A stretch of DNA of 64,000 bases from Polymyxa betae A26-41 (GCA_003693705.1 RBZT01000781.1:1-64000), one strand, 5' to 3'. Counted from the stretch's first letter, positions 1-13,614 are shown. The notes: generated by a model not told the origin, from the sequence alone. Numbers and translations are program-made.

Positions 1-109
1 CAAGAAGCTCATGTACCTGACCTTTGTTGTCAGTATGATCGAAATAAATAACACTTCCTAATTACGATTATCGTCTTCATTCTGAGCTATAGCTGACATT
101 TCCAAGTGG

Positions 110-182
110 GCTCTGCTAGCTCAGTTGGTAGAGCATTGGTCTAATAAGCCAAAGGTCGTCGGTTCGAGCCCGGCGCGGAGCA
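110..182 (+). tRNA. tRNA-Ile (anticodon AAT, I34 type)
   Basis: Cloverleaf: acceptor GCTCTGC/GCGGAGC, D arm TAGCTCAGTTGGTAGAGC, anticodon stem TTGGT/GCCAA with loop CTAATAA, T loop GTTCGAG, discriminator A; no encoded CCA. Confidence 0.95.
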
Positions 183-186
183 TTCC

Positions 187-192
187 TTTTTT
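187..192 (+). terminator. Pol III oligo-T terminator of tRNA-Ile
   Basis: TTTTTT starts 5 nt after the tRNA 3' end. Confidence 0.75.
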
Positions 193-631
193 GCTATTTT
201 TGCCTCCCATGCTTTAATTAGGCTGGAATTAGTTCTGTAGAGACGCCCGCGTCCAGCTTTGAAAGTTAAGTTTTCTGCGATTTGATTGGCAAATTTGTAT
301 TTATAGGTCAGCCTGACATTATTGATTCGCCTTCCTAACATGAGGGGGAAGTTCAAAAAAGAAACTATTTACATCGGTGAGGCCTTTGGTCTCGACCGAT
401 GACGTTAGTAGATTAACGGTAGCACGATATTGGTGTTGAACACAAGATGAAATGACCACAAGTCAACCACTATCTTGTCGTGGGAGTTTTCTAACTTGCT
501 TAAGAGGCTGCGTGGCGTTTGTGCAAATATTTCTTGAAGGAAGAACGATGCTTCAAGTCTGAATCTGAAGGCAAGTTTAAACACGATCAGAATGCACGCA
601 AGGACCAATCTCCACTTGAATAAAGATAACG

Positions 632-1835
632 ATGATTGACAATGTTCTCTCGACTCCTTTGCGATGGACATCGCCTGCCCGGATCTGGCTTGCAGACTCT
701 GGTTGCTCAAACCACATGATGGCGTTTGATTACCGTCTGAGGCTCGTGTTGCAGCTCATGAGGTTTGATACCCAAGCGCTTCATGTTCCAGATCTTGATT
801 CCGAATCTCTTATCTGTTTATGAAGCTGTTATTGACTATCACCAGCTCGTATTGAACATCAAAGTCGATTGATAAATCAACAAACGATATTTCGCTAGAC
901 GAGCTAGTCCGGCAAATTTGCTGTCGTTCGTGTCAAAACCGTCGATCATCTGGAGTAGGCTCTAGATGATCTAAATCTTGAACGCCCATAAGGGCATCTT
1001 ATCGATTCTACTGTAAGAGCAGGGTCGTGCTTTGCCTGCAATAGATCTGATTACAGTTCTACGAGTTTCTTGACCCCGAGACAAAGGTGCAAGAAAGGCA
1101 TTCCGCTTTTGAAGTTTTCTCGGTAGGCGTTGTTCAGGTCGCGGTTATTCTGCTCAATCGCGTTTGTTGAAAACAAAGCAAATGATGTTGGCAATCTCCT
1201 AACAGAATGCATTCTTCAGATATCGCAATAATCGGAGATCCAATGCGCATAACTTTTTGATGGATAAAAAACAAAGTAGGTAGATTCGTTCTGCGATCAT
1301 TTTGGATTGGATTGGATTGGATTAGTCGTTAACAGGCGGCGCTGTATCCTTAACGCAAGGCGATAGTGCTCAGGCATCGCCTGACTATTTTCCAGGACTC
1401 CTACTTCCACTTTCGGAGCCATTTCATATTTCACACTTCCTGGATCAGTTTGATCACTTCAGCTTTGGAAACTGTCTGAGCCAATTAACGTTTTTCCAGT
1501 TCGTTTGTCGGTGTTCACAATCTGAGTACGAATCCTGAGTGTTAATAATAAGAAGTTATACTTGATGCCGGTATAGCCAGTACTCTTTTTCGTAGTGGAG
1601 CAAAAGATCTGCCCTACTGGCATCTCCCTCATGCCTGAATTAGACATGATTTGCCAATGTTTCATTGAACCAAGGAAAGCTACAGCGAGCCATCCTGATT
1701 ATATGTAGGGTGCTGGAGATCCTGCTGTCTTCGTTCGGTGTCAAATACGGCGACCCTTCGGTTCGTTGTATACAGCCTATCGATTATTTGGTTGCAGTTA
1801 GCCCCAGGAATGCAAGTGATCGTCATCTGGTAGCA
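632..1835 (+). mobile_element. Highly degenerate, internally deleted Ty1/copia pol relic
   Basis: Copia motifs in the expected order across frameshifts and stops: protease WLADSGCSNHM (686-718), LHVPDLDS/NLLSV (779-818, +1 shift), EP../SYSE (1667-1689), WLQLAPGMQVIVIW (1789-1830, like TWxLVxLPxGxxxIxxKW). No LTRs recognised. Confidence 0.7.
1302..1325. repeat. (TTGGA)n microsatellite, about 4 units
   Basis: ttggattggattggattggattag. Confidence 0.8.
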
Positions 1836-2080
1836 CTGCATAGTTTCACAGCGAATGCAGTCAATCCAATTAACAGGATGGAATTCATAGACATCACGCG
1901 AAGCTAACGGTTGAAGCGTTTAAGTAATGCAAACGCGAGTTCAAAATTCAAGAATTATTTCAGAAGGTCCCAGCAACAAACCGCTATCTGCGATGAATAC
2001 ATTGGAGTCCAATTGTTTGAATAATTAGAACACGAAATTAGAAAGACAAAACAGATTTTGCAATTTCGGGGGTTGATCGG

Positions 2081-5000
2081 TTATCTGAATTGCTGTATTC
2101 TTCCAGATAATATAGAATTGCAATCAGCGTGCTGAATCAAACCAGCAGATGCCACAATATCAGAACTTGATTTAAACATGGCGCGATCGCATTCCGAGCA
2201 GCGAGTCGGTTGCAGGGGGTCGATGATAATAGCGGTCGCCTGGAACCGTTGAACTTGTGATAGCAGGTGGATACAGTCACACCGGCTGATTTCTTTGGAC
2301 ATTTGCTGGATACTGAGCTCGTTTCTATAATCCGATATTAACGAGCAAAGCTTTTCTTTCAGCTGCAGTAACAATTAGTCATCCATCAAGTGCCGCAACA
2401 TATCAACAGCAACGATGCAGTAACCAATAAATATCGCAACGATATAAACACAACACATCAAAAAAATTCAACCTGAGGAATAACAGCACCATCTGGGATT
2501 TCTGCAATGAATTTTGCCGGATCAATAAAATCCCTTCTCAGGTGAGTAAGGGCGATGCCGATGCGGTCATTACTTGCCAGCAGCAATGTGAACAGCTGAG
2601 CTCGTAAACGACGAGATCTTTTGTGTTCGACGAACCGAATACCTCCGATGACGTCGCCCTCTTCCACCATCAAATCAAGAGCGCCCGAGTTGTTGCCCAT
2701 CCTCCTCAGTAAATACAGTTGGCATTCGTACAGCTTAAATTCGCTGCATACATGCAGAGCTTCATCAAGATTGTAATGGTTGGACTGTTGAAGAAACAGA
2801 AGGAGTTTGTCGGGCTGAAACTGAGCATATAACGGCACCTGTTTGTTGTGGAGGGCGCGACCTGCTTCTCGATCAAACTCGAATAGAGCATGAAGATAGA
2901 CGTGCAAGTGTTGTGGCGAATCATGCACCTTCTCAACAATCGCTTGCGGCGAAAGTTTAGCGGTAACAAGCAGTCCGACTGCCTTGGCAGCAGAGAGCTC
3001 GAGCAGCTGATTCAGATCGGCTTGATTCAGCAGCTCACGATGGCGCCGCAGCAAGTCGAACACTAATTCGTTTTTGACTCGAAGCAGAATATTCAAAGAT
3101 TCGAGCAACTGAGACGTCTTTTCGTATAGCACAGCGATGCTGACCTGAAAAGTCTCTTTCGACTTCATTTCGTCGCTGGCTGATAAGCATGCCTTGAGAA
3201 TCGCTTCCGGGTTGTAGATCGACGAATCCCATTTTCTCAACAGCAACAGGAGCACATCGGCATCCGATTCGGCGACCTGAATCAGGACCATGTTGTAAAC
3301 AACGGGAGATAGCAGATTGGGCTCTGTGCAGGGAATAACGCTAGCGATAGTCTGTGCTAGAAGCTTGGCGCTATAAATGTACAGGATCCATTTCTCCCAG
3401 AGGGCCATGTTGTTCCCAAGCATACGTGGCGTCGCCTCAGTCACATCGTCATAGCGGCCAGCCTCAAGAAGATTGGTCAGATGCATAATAGCTATGTCGT
3501 CAACATTATGTTTTCTCAGATTGGTAGCAGGATTGAGGGCCAGCTCGGCAGCTTCTTCAATCCTTGAATTGTCCAGCAGGAATGTGATGTGATCGTCATC
3601 GTTTCTTGGTCGGGCAACCACGACATCATATTGGTATAAAAGAAGGATGCAGATATCAATCCTAGATCAAAAATCAATCATAAAATGTCATGTAAGGAAA
3701 ACAATAAAATAAAGTTTAGAACAATGGCATCATTGGTAACTGGAAAGTCATCACCCAGGAACAAAAGTCAAAGCTCGATCGATGGCGACAGCAGCCTCAT
3801 TCAGCTTGATTTGCGAGCGCAGCTCGCCGTGAATTGTCAGAAGGTGAAGTTCTTTGCCGCCTGGCAGCACAGCCAGAGTAGTATTGTCAAAAGGGACGCA
3901 AGCCCTGATCTGATAGGAAGTCTGGAACCGAGCTAAGAGGGTCCCGACGGAATCAACAACTTGCAGGACGTGAACAACATCATCTTGAGCTGCAACCAAC
4001 ATATTGGCAGAGAACCAAGAGAGGCTGGCTCCAAATTCCCTCAAACGCCTCTCCTGCGAAATAAAAGCAATGCGCTCCATAGTGGCTAAATCGAACACCT
4101 TCAACAAAATCATTTAATCAATCTGACACAAGATGATGATAAAGTGTTGGAGAATGATACGAGTATAGCGGAAATAGGAAATGCCCCAAAAATTCAAGTC
4201 AAAAAGCAACGAAAGAGCCAGAAATATGGTACCTTTACTCCGACGTCGTTAGCCCAAGCAATTAGGGAGCCGTTCCAAGCGATAGCGGTGATCTGGCCTT
4301 CACCGCGATGTAGCACGGTATCCTGGTTCGAGAACCAATTGCTGCTATTGAGAATTAGCTCACCGGAAACACCACCCAAGGCCACCGAACGGATCAGGAG
4401 CGCATGCGTTGGACGAAACGCCACAGCCAACATTCGTTGAGGATAGTACAGCCTAAAAGCAAGGATTATTCGGGCGTTAGAAAATATGCAGAACCGAACT
4501 TTGGAAGATGCGATCAAAACATAAGCGATGCTTACATCCAGGGATTCGAGTCCATTTTGAAAACATCTACGATCATAACAGATCCGTCGCTGGACGTCGC
4601 AGCAATCTAATTGCCATTGAATTCGTGGAGAAAGAGAATAATGTGATTCAGGCCTTCATAACCGCTCAACAAACGGACTATAGAGCAAGTGAAGCCAAAA
4701 TAAGAAACAAGCGACACTACAACTTAACTCGAAGAAATTTATTTCTCCTCGTAAATAGTTGTAGATTTTGCAAATTGTTTTCAGAAAAATGTAAAAAAAA
4801 AACAAAACAAATGCTATGATCAAAGCAAATCTGTCAACTTGTTGAAGGCAGTGCTGATTACCGATTCCATGGCGTCGTCGATCGCCAGAGCCATGATTTC
4901 ACCAAACTGATGCTGCATAAAGGCGCGGATACAGGCGCCAGTCTGCTGAAAGATAAACACGTTCCCATGGCGAGTCCCAACCGCCACGAATTTTGAGCAG

Positions 5001-5190
5001 GCACAGACGGAAGTTGCCCCATGACCGGATCTTAGAGCAGCGACAATAGATCCATCAGCACTGAGGTCTGCATCCTGGGATCAGTCAAGCGGATTGTCAA
5101 GTCTAATTATCATCACCTACTTTGACAGTTCAGAAGCGGCTCGTCGAGAGTGCTACTGTCGGCGACGAACGAGTCAGTTGTCATTGTCAT
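2081..5190 (-). CDS. VPS41: Vacuolar protein sorting 41 (HOPS subunit), multi-exon
   Basis: ATG 5190 (MTMTTD..DEPLL); WD40-like exons (VAVGTRHGNV, GEGQITAIAWNGSLIAWANDVGVKVFD); VVARPRNDDDHI; clathrin-repeat region (LYAQFQPDKLLLFLQQSNHYNLDEAL); LKEKL..ISDY tail with degenerate RING. GT-AG introns traced. Confidence 0.9.
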
Positions 5191-5958
5191 CGCCGACCAG
5201 GACCGATCATCGATAGAACGGCAAGAAGGTCAGCAACTAACTGAAGAGGGTTCCGCCGCTACAATCACTTTACGATACCATCCAAGAGAAACAGCAAGAA
5301 CTTCTAAGCTCATGAGTTAACATGAAACACTTGTTAGCTGCATTTTGATGATTATAAGCAACAAACAGACTGCCAATGACGCACGTCCACTTCAGATTGG
5401 CAATGATATTAAACATCAACATAGAGATAGAAAAAATAGGTGGCAGTCAAGAATGCAAAGAACAATACTATGACCATGCACGCCAATGTTATTATCGACA
5501 TATCAAGATGGAGCTGTCGCCAATAATCCTTCTATAATGATAACATTATGTCGGCGGTTGGGAATGCAAAATTCATTTCTTTGATGCAGCAAGAGTCAAA
5601 CAGTAACCGCAGCCAATACAAGCATCTCAATGGCTTGGTGCATGGTAGCATTTCAGATTCACATCAATGACGATGACAATCATCCGACAAGTAGACTTTG
5701 CAATATGTTTTATAATTACTGTCTAAGTATCGAATCAACAGTAATCCTCTAAAAACTACTCATGACAATCTGCCGTTGAACGATGTGAGAATTGCCTTAC
5801 TAAATTGGAATTGTTAATCAGTGGCTGCTTACGCTTGGTCATGTCGCATCAAAATGGCTCATCGTTTGGCCGTTTGTCGTAGCCTTCATCCATAGGTGTC
5901 AAAGGTCCGCGGCGGTGTTCACAACCTCAGTCCTTTCTCATCGATCAAGCCTGCATCA

Positions 5959-6845
<887 letters not shown>

Positions 6846-6927
6846 ACTGTGTCATCATATCGAGTTTATTTTAGAAATTGCTGAGCCAGAACTTTTGTTC
6901 AATTAAATTTCGATGACCCTGCTGCGT

Positions 6928-8606
6928 TCACTTTAGATTGGCTCCGGATGCCTTCTGTTGCTCTTTTTCCAGCCTGGCTTTTAGACGAGCTTCCTTATCT
7001 GCCTTCAGTTTGTCTTCAATGCGTTTTTGACGCACTCGCTCAGCTTCCTGTAAAAAATCGCATCATTTTATCTGAAACGGCTCAATATGTTTTTGAAAAC
7101 AACCCACCTTTTCACGTTTGGCTCGAGCAGCAGCAATCGCAGCTTGTTGCTGTTCGCGAGCACGCTTAGCCTCCAAAGCAGCTTTCACATTTTGCTGACG
7201 CTGAATCTCTTTTTGCTTAGCCTCCTCGCTTGCCTCTTTTTCGCGCTGAGCTTTCCGAGCGACTTTGAGACGTTCAACATAGGCTAGCTTTTCCTCTTTG
7301 GTCATTTTGGACATATCTGTTATTTCTTGATCTCCCAACGCAAGTTTACGAGCTTCCTCTTTGGCTTTGGCGGCTTTCTCATGAACAGATCGAATTGCTG
7401 AAAACAACTGTTAGAACAATTCGATAAAACATTTGATCACATACCATCAGACAATCCATCGTCGGAATCATCGAACATTTCATCCGCCTTTGGTGTGGCA
7501 CCAACAACAGTAAGAGGCTCGTCAATATCAGCATCTTGCTCGTGTTCAATAAGCCAATTGGTCGCAGCCTCCATCGTTTTCGCATTACTCAATATTAATG
7601 CCTTCTCGGCACGGATACGAGGGAATCCCATATCCAACAGCTCGGATAGCAGTTCTTGGTTAATTTTACTGGTTAAACTGGGATCATTTTGGGCCTCAGG
7701 AGCTGAAGCGGATTGCCCGTTATCCAATGACATGGCAATCGCTTTTGCCAAATCATCTTCCACGACCATATCTGCAGGCTTTTTGGAAGGTTCGGGTGAA
7801 TGAGGCAATGGTGCCGTCTCCATTGCTTTCGGCATGAACTGACAATGACACGAATTTAATGACATAGCGGGAAGCCAACCAAGTCCAGTTTTACCGATGG
7901 ATCGGACCATGGCGTCTTTGGGCCATGAGGTTGAGATTTGGATGAAATTGGCTTAGCCTCAGTCGTGGCAGGCATGGATGCCATAGTTTCACGCGCCCCA
8001 GGAAAAAACTATAAAGAATCTCATGACGAGACCAATTATGTGAATGTAATTCCTACATTCGGATCAGCCCAAGGGTTGAAGCGCTTTGGCTGTGCTTTAT
8101 CAGCAGATTTGGAGTTACTACTGGTAGCTGGAGATCCCGACACCAAGGAGTGCCCCTTCGATGAGAAGACTAAACCAAATATAGGTAAAAATAAAGCAGT
8201 ATTATTCATTTAGGAAATTAACCCGAATATTGGCCAACTAAATTCTTGACTTTCTCCTTTAATCCAGGGCCGTTGGCACCACACATCTCGTCCACACGCT
8301 TGCCCTTGACAAAAAAGAGAAAAGTCGGCATCGCATTGATCTTCTCTTGGACAGCTACCGGCTGTTATCTAATCAAAATCTTGCAGTACAAGCCGCAGCG
8401 AGCCAAAATACCTGAGCTGCATCGACATCACACTTGCAGAAGACCGCCTTGCCAGCATAGGTCTGGGCAAGTTCATGGTAGATCGGAGTGATCATTTTGC
8501 ATGGCCCACACCAGGTAGCGGTGAAATCGACGACGACAAGCTTACCACCAGCGCTGTCAAGGACAGACTTGAAGTGTTCGACGCTGGTAATTTCCACGAC
8601 AGTCAT
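6928..8606 (-). CDS. Thioredoxin-SHP-like-UIM-UBA-coiled-coil fusion protein
   Basis: GT-AG splicing joins Trx ([13 protein letters not shown]) in frame to VFSSKGHSL, two PW[AS]DP[NS]F motifs, a UIM ([11 protein letters not shown]), a UBA ([23 protein letters not shown]) and a charged coiled coil ending ..SGANLK*. Confidence 0.8.
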
Positions 8607-8937
8607 TATTCTAGAACGAGCCCTTCAGAAACACAAAGAAACGATGGCTGTGGCTTCGTCTGACCTCGCAATATGGGCACCCTTTCACAATGAAACGAAT
8701 TCACAATGCGAGTAATAATAGAGTGGCGCAGGAGGCCGGCGGCGATCGATTCAACTCGAAAGGAGTGGGTGGAACGCGGCCTCCCCCACGACTTCCATAC
8801 TCCGATTTCAAAAATTTAGTTTTTATTTTTATTCTTTTCTGCCGATATAAATTAATCTCATTTGCAGTTATTGCAAGATTGTCAGGGACTTCCCGATCGA
8901 TCGCGATCTTCTTGTAGATGTTTCGTTGCAACACTGA

Positions 8938-9482
8938 TGATGTTGAAGATACTGATTCTTATCAGTTTGAAGGCCTGTGTTGCTTTAGCGGAGACTTCCA
9001 GCATACAGGATGTTCGGCCAGAGCCGTCCCATGGAATTCCTAAAGAGGCATTTGGTATTATTGTGGTTCTGGTGTTGATGATGCTCAGTATTGTGATTCT
9101 GTATATTAAGTTCCGCCGATTGTCGAGAACAGAATCTGCCGATACTGCAAAGCATCCTGTGATTTTACAAGCGTCAATCGCAGAGCCTACACCTATTGTC
9201 AAGGTCGAAGTTGAAAAGCTGGTTTTGGAAGCCAAATACGACATTGTTGCACACGAATCCAAATCGATAAATTCCCAAGTCCCGAATACGAATCAAGGGA
9301 AACCATTTGCAACCCTCGATTTCGATCAAGCTGGTATTGCTATAAAGAGTTTTGATGAGAATGAATCCCGGAAGAATTCGGACCCGGAACGATCGTTCCG
9401 GAAATTCCGTCTTCGTTCTCTAAGTGATGGCGACAGCGCTCTCCATATTCTTGATGCTGGCGAGCAAGAGACTCAACATTAG
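8938..9482 (+). CDS. Hypothetical single-pass type I membrane protein
   Basis: Signal-peptide-like MMLKILILISLKACVALA, TM FGIIVVLVLMMLSIVILYI followed by KFRR; intronless. Confidence 0.6.
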
Positions 9483-9745
9483 ATCCATGTCTCCAGGCGG
9501 TGCATTCCCATTATGTGGCACATCATCACCAACCGTCTTTATCCTTAATTACCTTCATAATACATAGTGCTGCAGATGGGCTCATTCCTTTCCTTTGGAT
9601 TGTTTTCTTTTGAAAGCGATCGCGAAATCCTGAATACAAATGTTGAAAACCGTGATATTGAGCGCAATCAGGAACTGCTCCCAACCACTCGAATGTCGAA
9701 ACACAAATTTTTTATATATTAACCAATGATTAAATGCAGCAGCTT

Positions 9746-11380
9746 CTACTCTTCTTTTTGATGGATGATAGAAGTACCTCGTCGCACCCACAGTCTAATA
9801 GTATCACGATTGTACCATACAAGCCCTAATACGACCGCAGCGCCGATAACAGAAGCACTGACATTGAAAGCGTGCCATGATGACGATTTCTTCGAGCGCT
9901 TTCGACGAGGTCTGGATGGTCGCTGCGGGTGAGTTTCAGAAGCCACCTGGGCTTCTAACGCCTCCAGATTGATCCCATTCTGATGCAGCATTTCGATGAA
10001 CGATGCATTCTGAGCGGTCGATTTCTTAAAGAGCTCCAGAGCCTTGGCCTTGGATTGAACAAGACCATCGGCGCCGTTGTAATAATAAAGGCCAAGATTG
10101 AACATTGAATCAAGATGTTCTAAACAAAATGAGTAAAAGAAACCGTCAAAAAGTTTTAAACAAACCTTGTTCAGCTGCACGCTGCCACCAAAAAGCAGCC
10201 TTATCAGCCTGTTGTTGCCGACCTGGAAAGTTGTGATAGATATGACCAAGATAGTAAGCAGCTCGAACGTCATCATCAGCCTCAGCAGCTTGAGTATACC
10301 AGAACACAGCTTTATCAAAATCGGCGTCGAAGACTGACAAAGGGTGAGCAAAGAAAACCAAATAGAATGTCGCTGACCAATTCCATGATGGAAAGCATGT
10401 CCAACCTGGAACATGCATTCGGTATTGCCATTCTCAGCCCCAATCATCAGGTAATGCAAAGCCGTGGCCTCGTCCTTCTCGACGCCTGAGGCTTTATTCC
10501 CATCAATATACGTGTTGCCGACACGACTGGCGGCAACTGGATGGCCACAATCGGCAGCTACTTTGTACATCGCAAAGATCTGAGAATAGCAGACGAATTA
10601 AAAGAGCATTTTGAACAACCAAACTTGGCAGCAGGAATCCAAAAAAGAACTAGAAATAAGGCCAGATATTATCGAATAAGCACACAAGAAAAAAATTGAC
10701 GATTAAAATACAACCGGAAAGAAATTCGTACGGCAGTGTGAGATAACATCAAATTTGAAGAAAATTACCTCTTTTGGGTCACTAGACGTCATTTCCAAAG
10801 TCTGAGCATAAGTAAAAGCACGTTCTGGACTAAGAGTGTCTTTGCATGGTGGACCTGGATTCTGACTGTCCTCGAACAGCCGGACCCACCAGGTCGCCAG
10901 ATGCTTATGAAGCTCGAGCTTCAGTATTGACACGGAAGCGCGACGCTCCAGCGTCCATTGAGATTCATCGACATCGATATTCGCCCAGAGCTTGAAGTCC
11001 ACAATCGGTTTGCTAAACTGCTTTAAAGAAACTACCACCGAGTTGACCCCTTGGACAACTTTAATAGAGGACGTCTGGACGTCTTTTGGTAAACTAAGGA
11101 ATACTTCAACGTCGACATCGCATTGACCCCAGGATAAATCGAAGGATAAGAACCCATGATCGAATAAAACTCGAGCACAATCGTAAATGTCAAAGAATTT
11201 ATCTTTATCTATGACGAAGAGCTTAAAGCAGATAATCAATTCGATGCGAGCCTTACGAGCATCAAGCAATGTTCGAACTGAATCGGATCGCTCGCGATCT
11301 TCAATCAGATCAGCTAGACTCAGTATATTAGGTAAAGGCCATTGCTCTTCGAGTTGTTGAAAAGTGATCGTTGTCGCCAT
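9746..11380 (-). CDS. CS (p23/NudC-like) domain + SEL1-like repeats + C-terminal TM protein
   Basis: CS domain (SWGQCDVDVEV..LWANIDVDESQWTLE..LELHK..WWVRL); SEL1 repeats (ECMFQVGHAFHHGIG, AAYYLGHIY, SMFNLGLYYYNG); hydrophobic tail VIGAAVVLGLVWY; 3 introns. Confidence 0.75.
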
Positions 11381-11522
11381 AATCGCTAATGTCCGATCGC
11401 AAAACAGTCCCTTCAAAACAATACGCCACAAAAAGCATCGAATTTTGTACGAATTTTTCGGCAAATTTTGGGAAAAAATTTATAGGAACCGTCCCGCTAA
11501 TGCTTGTCGAGGAGTCCGGCCA

Positions 11523-11532
11523 CGGACTCCGT
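11523..11532 (+). promoter_or_regulatory. Putative promoter element CGGACTCCGT
   Basis: About 80 bp upstream of the RPS3 ATG; the same 10-mer lies at 44638-44647, about 84 bp upstream of the cyclophilin ATG. Confidence 0.4.
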
Positions 11533-11611
11533 AAATTCATCTTATTTCGAGTTGTTTGTTCTCCCTTCTTGTCGCTAGCCCGGTCGTAGCCGTCGCCTTC
11601 GAGATCAAACC

Positions 11612-12456
11612 ATGCCGGGAACTAACATCAGCAAAAAGCGCAAGGTGAGCTTCCTAAAGGCTGTCGTTTTGGTCGCCGAATTTAATCGATTTTTCCTGCA
11701 AAGTTTGTCGCCGATGGCGTTTTCTACGCTGAATTGAACAACTTCCTCATGCGTGAGCTGGCTGAAGACGGCTACGCCGGCGTCGACGTTCGTGTCACAC
11801 CCGTCCGTACTCAGGTCGTTATCCGTGCCACACGTACCCAGAGCGTTCTCGGTGAAAAGGGACGCCGTATCCGTGAGCTCACCGCCCTCGTCCAGAAGCG
11901 CCATAACTTCCCCGTTGGCAATGTGAATATGCCCTTCCTTCTTACTCGATTATCCCTAACAAGTTATTAGGTTGAATTGTTCGCCGCCCGTGTCGAGAAC
12001 CGTGCTCTGTGTGCCATCGCCCAAGCCGAGTCTCTTCGCTACAAGCTTCTGGGAGGTCTGGCCGTCCGTCGTGCCTGCTATGGTGTCCTGCGATACATCA
12101 TGGAGAACGGCGCCAAGGGTGTCGAAATCATCGTCACGGGTAAGCTGCGCGCTGCTCGTGCCAAGGTCATGAAGTTCAAGGACGGCTACATGATCAAGAC
12201 CGGTGACGCCGTCAACAAGTTCATCGACAAGGCTGTCTGCCATATCAACCTGAAGCAGGGTGTGCTTGGTATCCACGTCTCTATTATGTTGCCGTCCGAC
12301 TCCAAGACCGCCGCTCGTGTCACGCCACGCTCGCTTCCCGACGTTGTTATCGTCCCTGAGCCAAAGCCTGAACTGGTCGTGACCGCCGCTCCAGCCTTTG
12401 TTGAGCCTCAGCCTGCCGCTGTCTCCCCGGCTGTTGACACTTCTGCTGCCTTTTAA
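11612..12456 (+). CDS. RPS3: 40S ribosomal protein S3 (uS3), 2 introns
   Basis: ISKKRK|[48 protein letters not shown]. Confidence 0.98.
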
Positions 12457-12489
12457 TCAATGAAACTTGTTTGAAAATTACAATTAGTT

Positions 12490-13614
12490 CTATTTCATTC
12501 GCAGTGCTATGCTGTAGACTTCCTGCCATGATCGAATCTTCCATAATCCGGTTAGATAGCAGATTCGAATAGCAAGGATGTCACGGAACATGGTAATAGC
12601 TCCATCCAAGAGCGAGACTTTGGATCCGGCGATCTCCTGCCAGTGAATTGCCACTTCTTTCATGGGAACTTTGAGCTGCCCAGCGAGGAATATCAACTCG
12701 ACATCAAAGGCCCATCGCATCAGGTGTAAATTTGCGAACAGATCTTGGGCAGTCTTCCTTGTAAATAACTTGAATCCACACTAAAACAGAATAAGTTATT
12801 GGATGAGATATTGAACATCTAAACCTGAGTGTCAAAAATCTGGACGCCTGCAACCAGTGCAACCAGCATGTGAAAGCCGTGCATCAGAAAGTTTCGAAAC
12901 CAATGTCGCTTGGCAATAGCTTCGGACTGAAGATGTGCTCGGGAACCGATAGCAATGCCTTGCCCGCCTTTTTCAATATTCTACCAGAAATAAATTTCCC
13001 GAAGCTGAGGTTTCATATGACGCCTACTTTGATTTCCCGTTCGAGCTCGGTAAGATCAGAAAACCGAGAAGCGCCATCAGCATCAACCATGAGCATATAC
13101 TGGCCTCGAGCGTGTAGCATGCCGGCTTGAACCGCAGCACCTTTACCAGAATTCTTTTCTAAATTAAGAACTCGAACAATATCAGATCCATTAGCATTAG
13201 TATAGCTCTGGGCGACAGTTTCGGTCTTATCGCTGCTCCCATCATTGACGATAATGACTTCGAAAGTCAGATCAGGATTTTTGCGTTTACGTTGATCTAA
13301 GAATCGAAGCGTCTCGTCCATCATTATAGGCATCCGGTCTTGCTCGTTATATGCTGGAACGATAATTGATAAATTCACACTGGGCTCGGGGTCCTGAAAT
13401 AAATTGGGAAAAGGCACACGCTTGCCTTTGTCGGTCTTAAATTCTACTTGCAGCTTCACAGTCGTCGCCGTTGTTATCGACTTGTACAAGGGTTTGAAAA
13501 ACCAGATCAACATATAGGCCTGGTCAATCTGTTATTACTTTCTTCTGATGGCATGCCATTACATACTAAGCCTACTGTCAAACCTCCTGCAGTCAGGAAT
13601 GTGACATTCAACAT
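12490..13614 (-). CDS. ALG5: Dolichyl-phosphate beta-glucosyltransferase (GT2), 3 introns
   Basis: N-terminal TM, SIIVPAYNEQDR, NSGKGAAV, MVDADGA, GSRAHL, DTQ|CGFKLF, RWAFDVEL. Confidence 0.95.

Noticed and set aside
11605-12276. Minus-strand ORFs over RPS3 (and similar antisense ORFs over other genes)
   Set aside because: Shadow ORFs caused by codon bias in the real gene.
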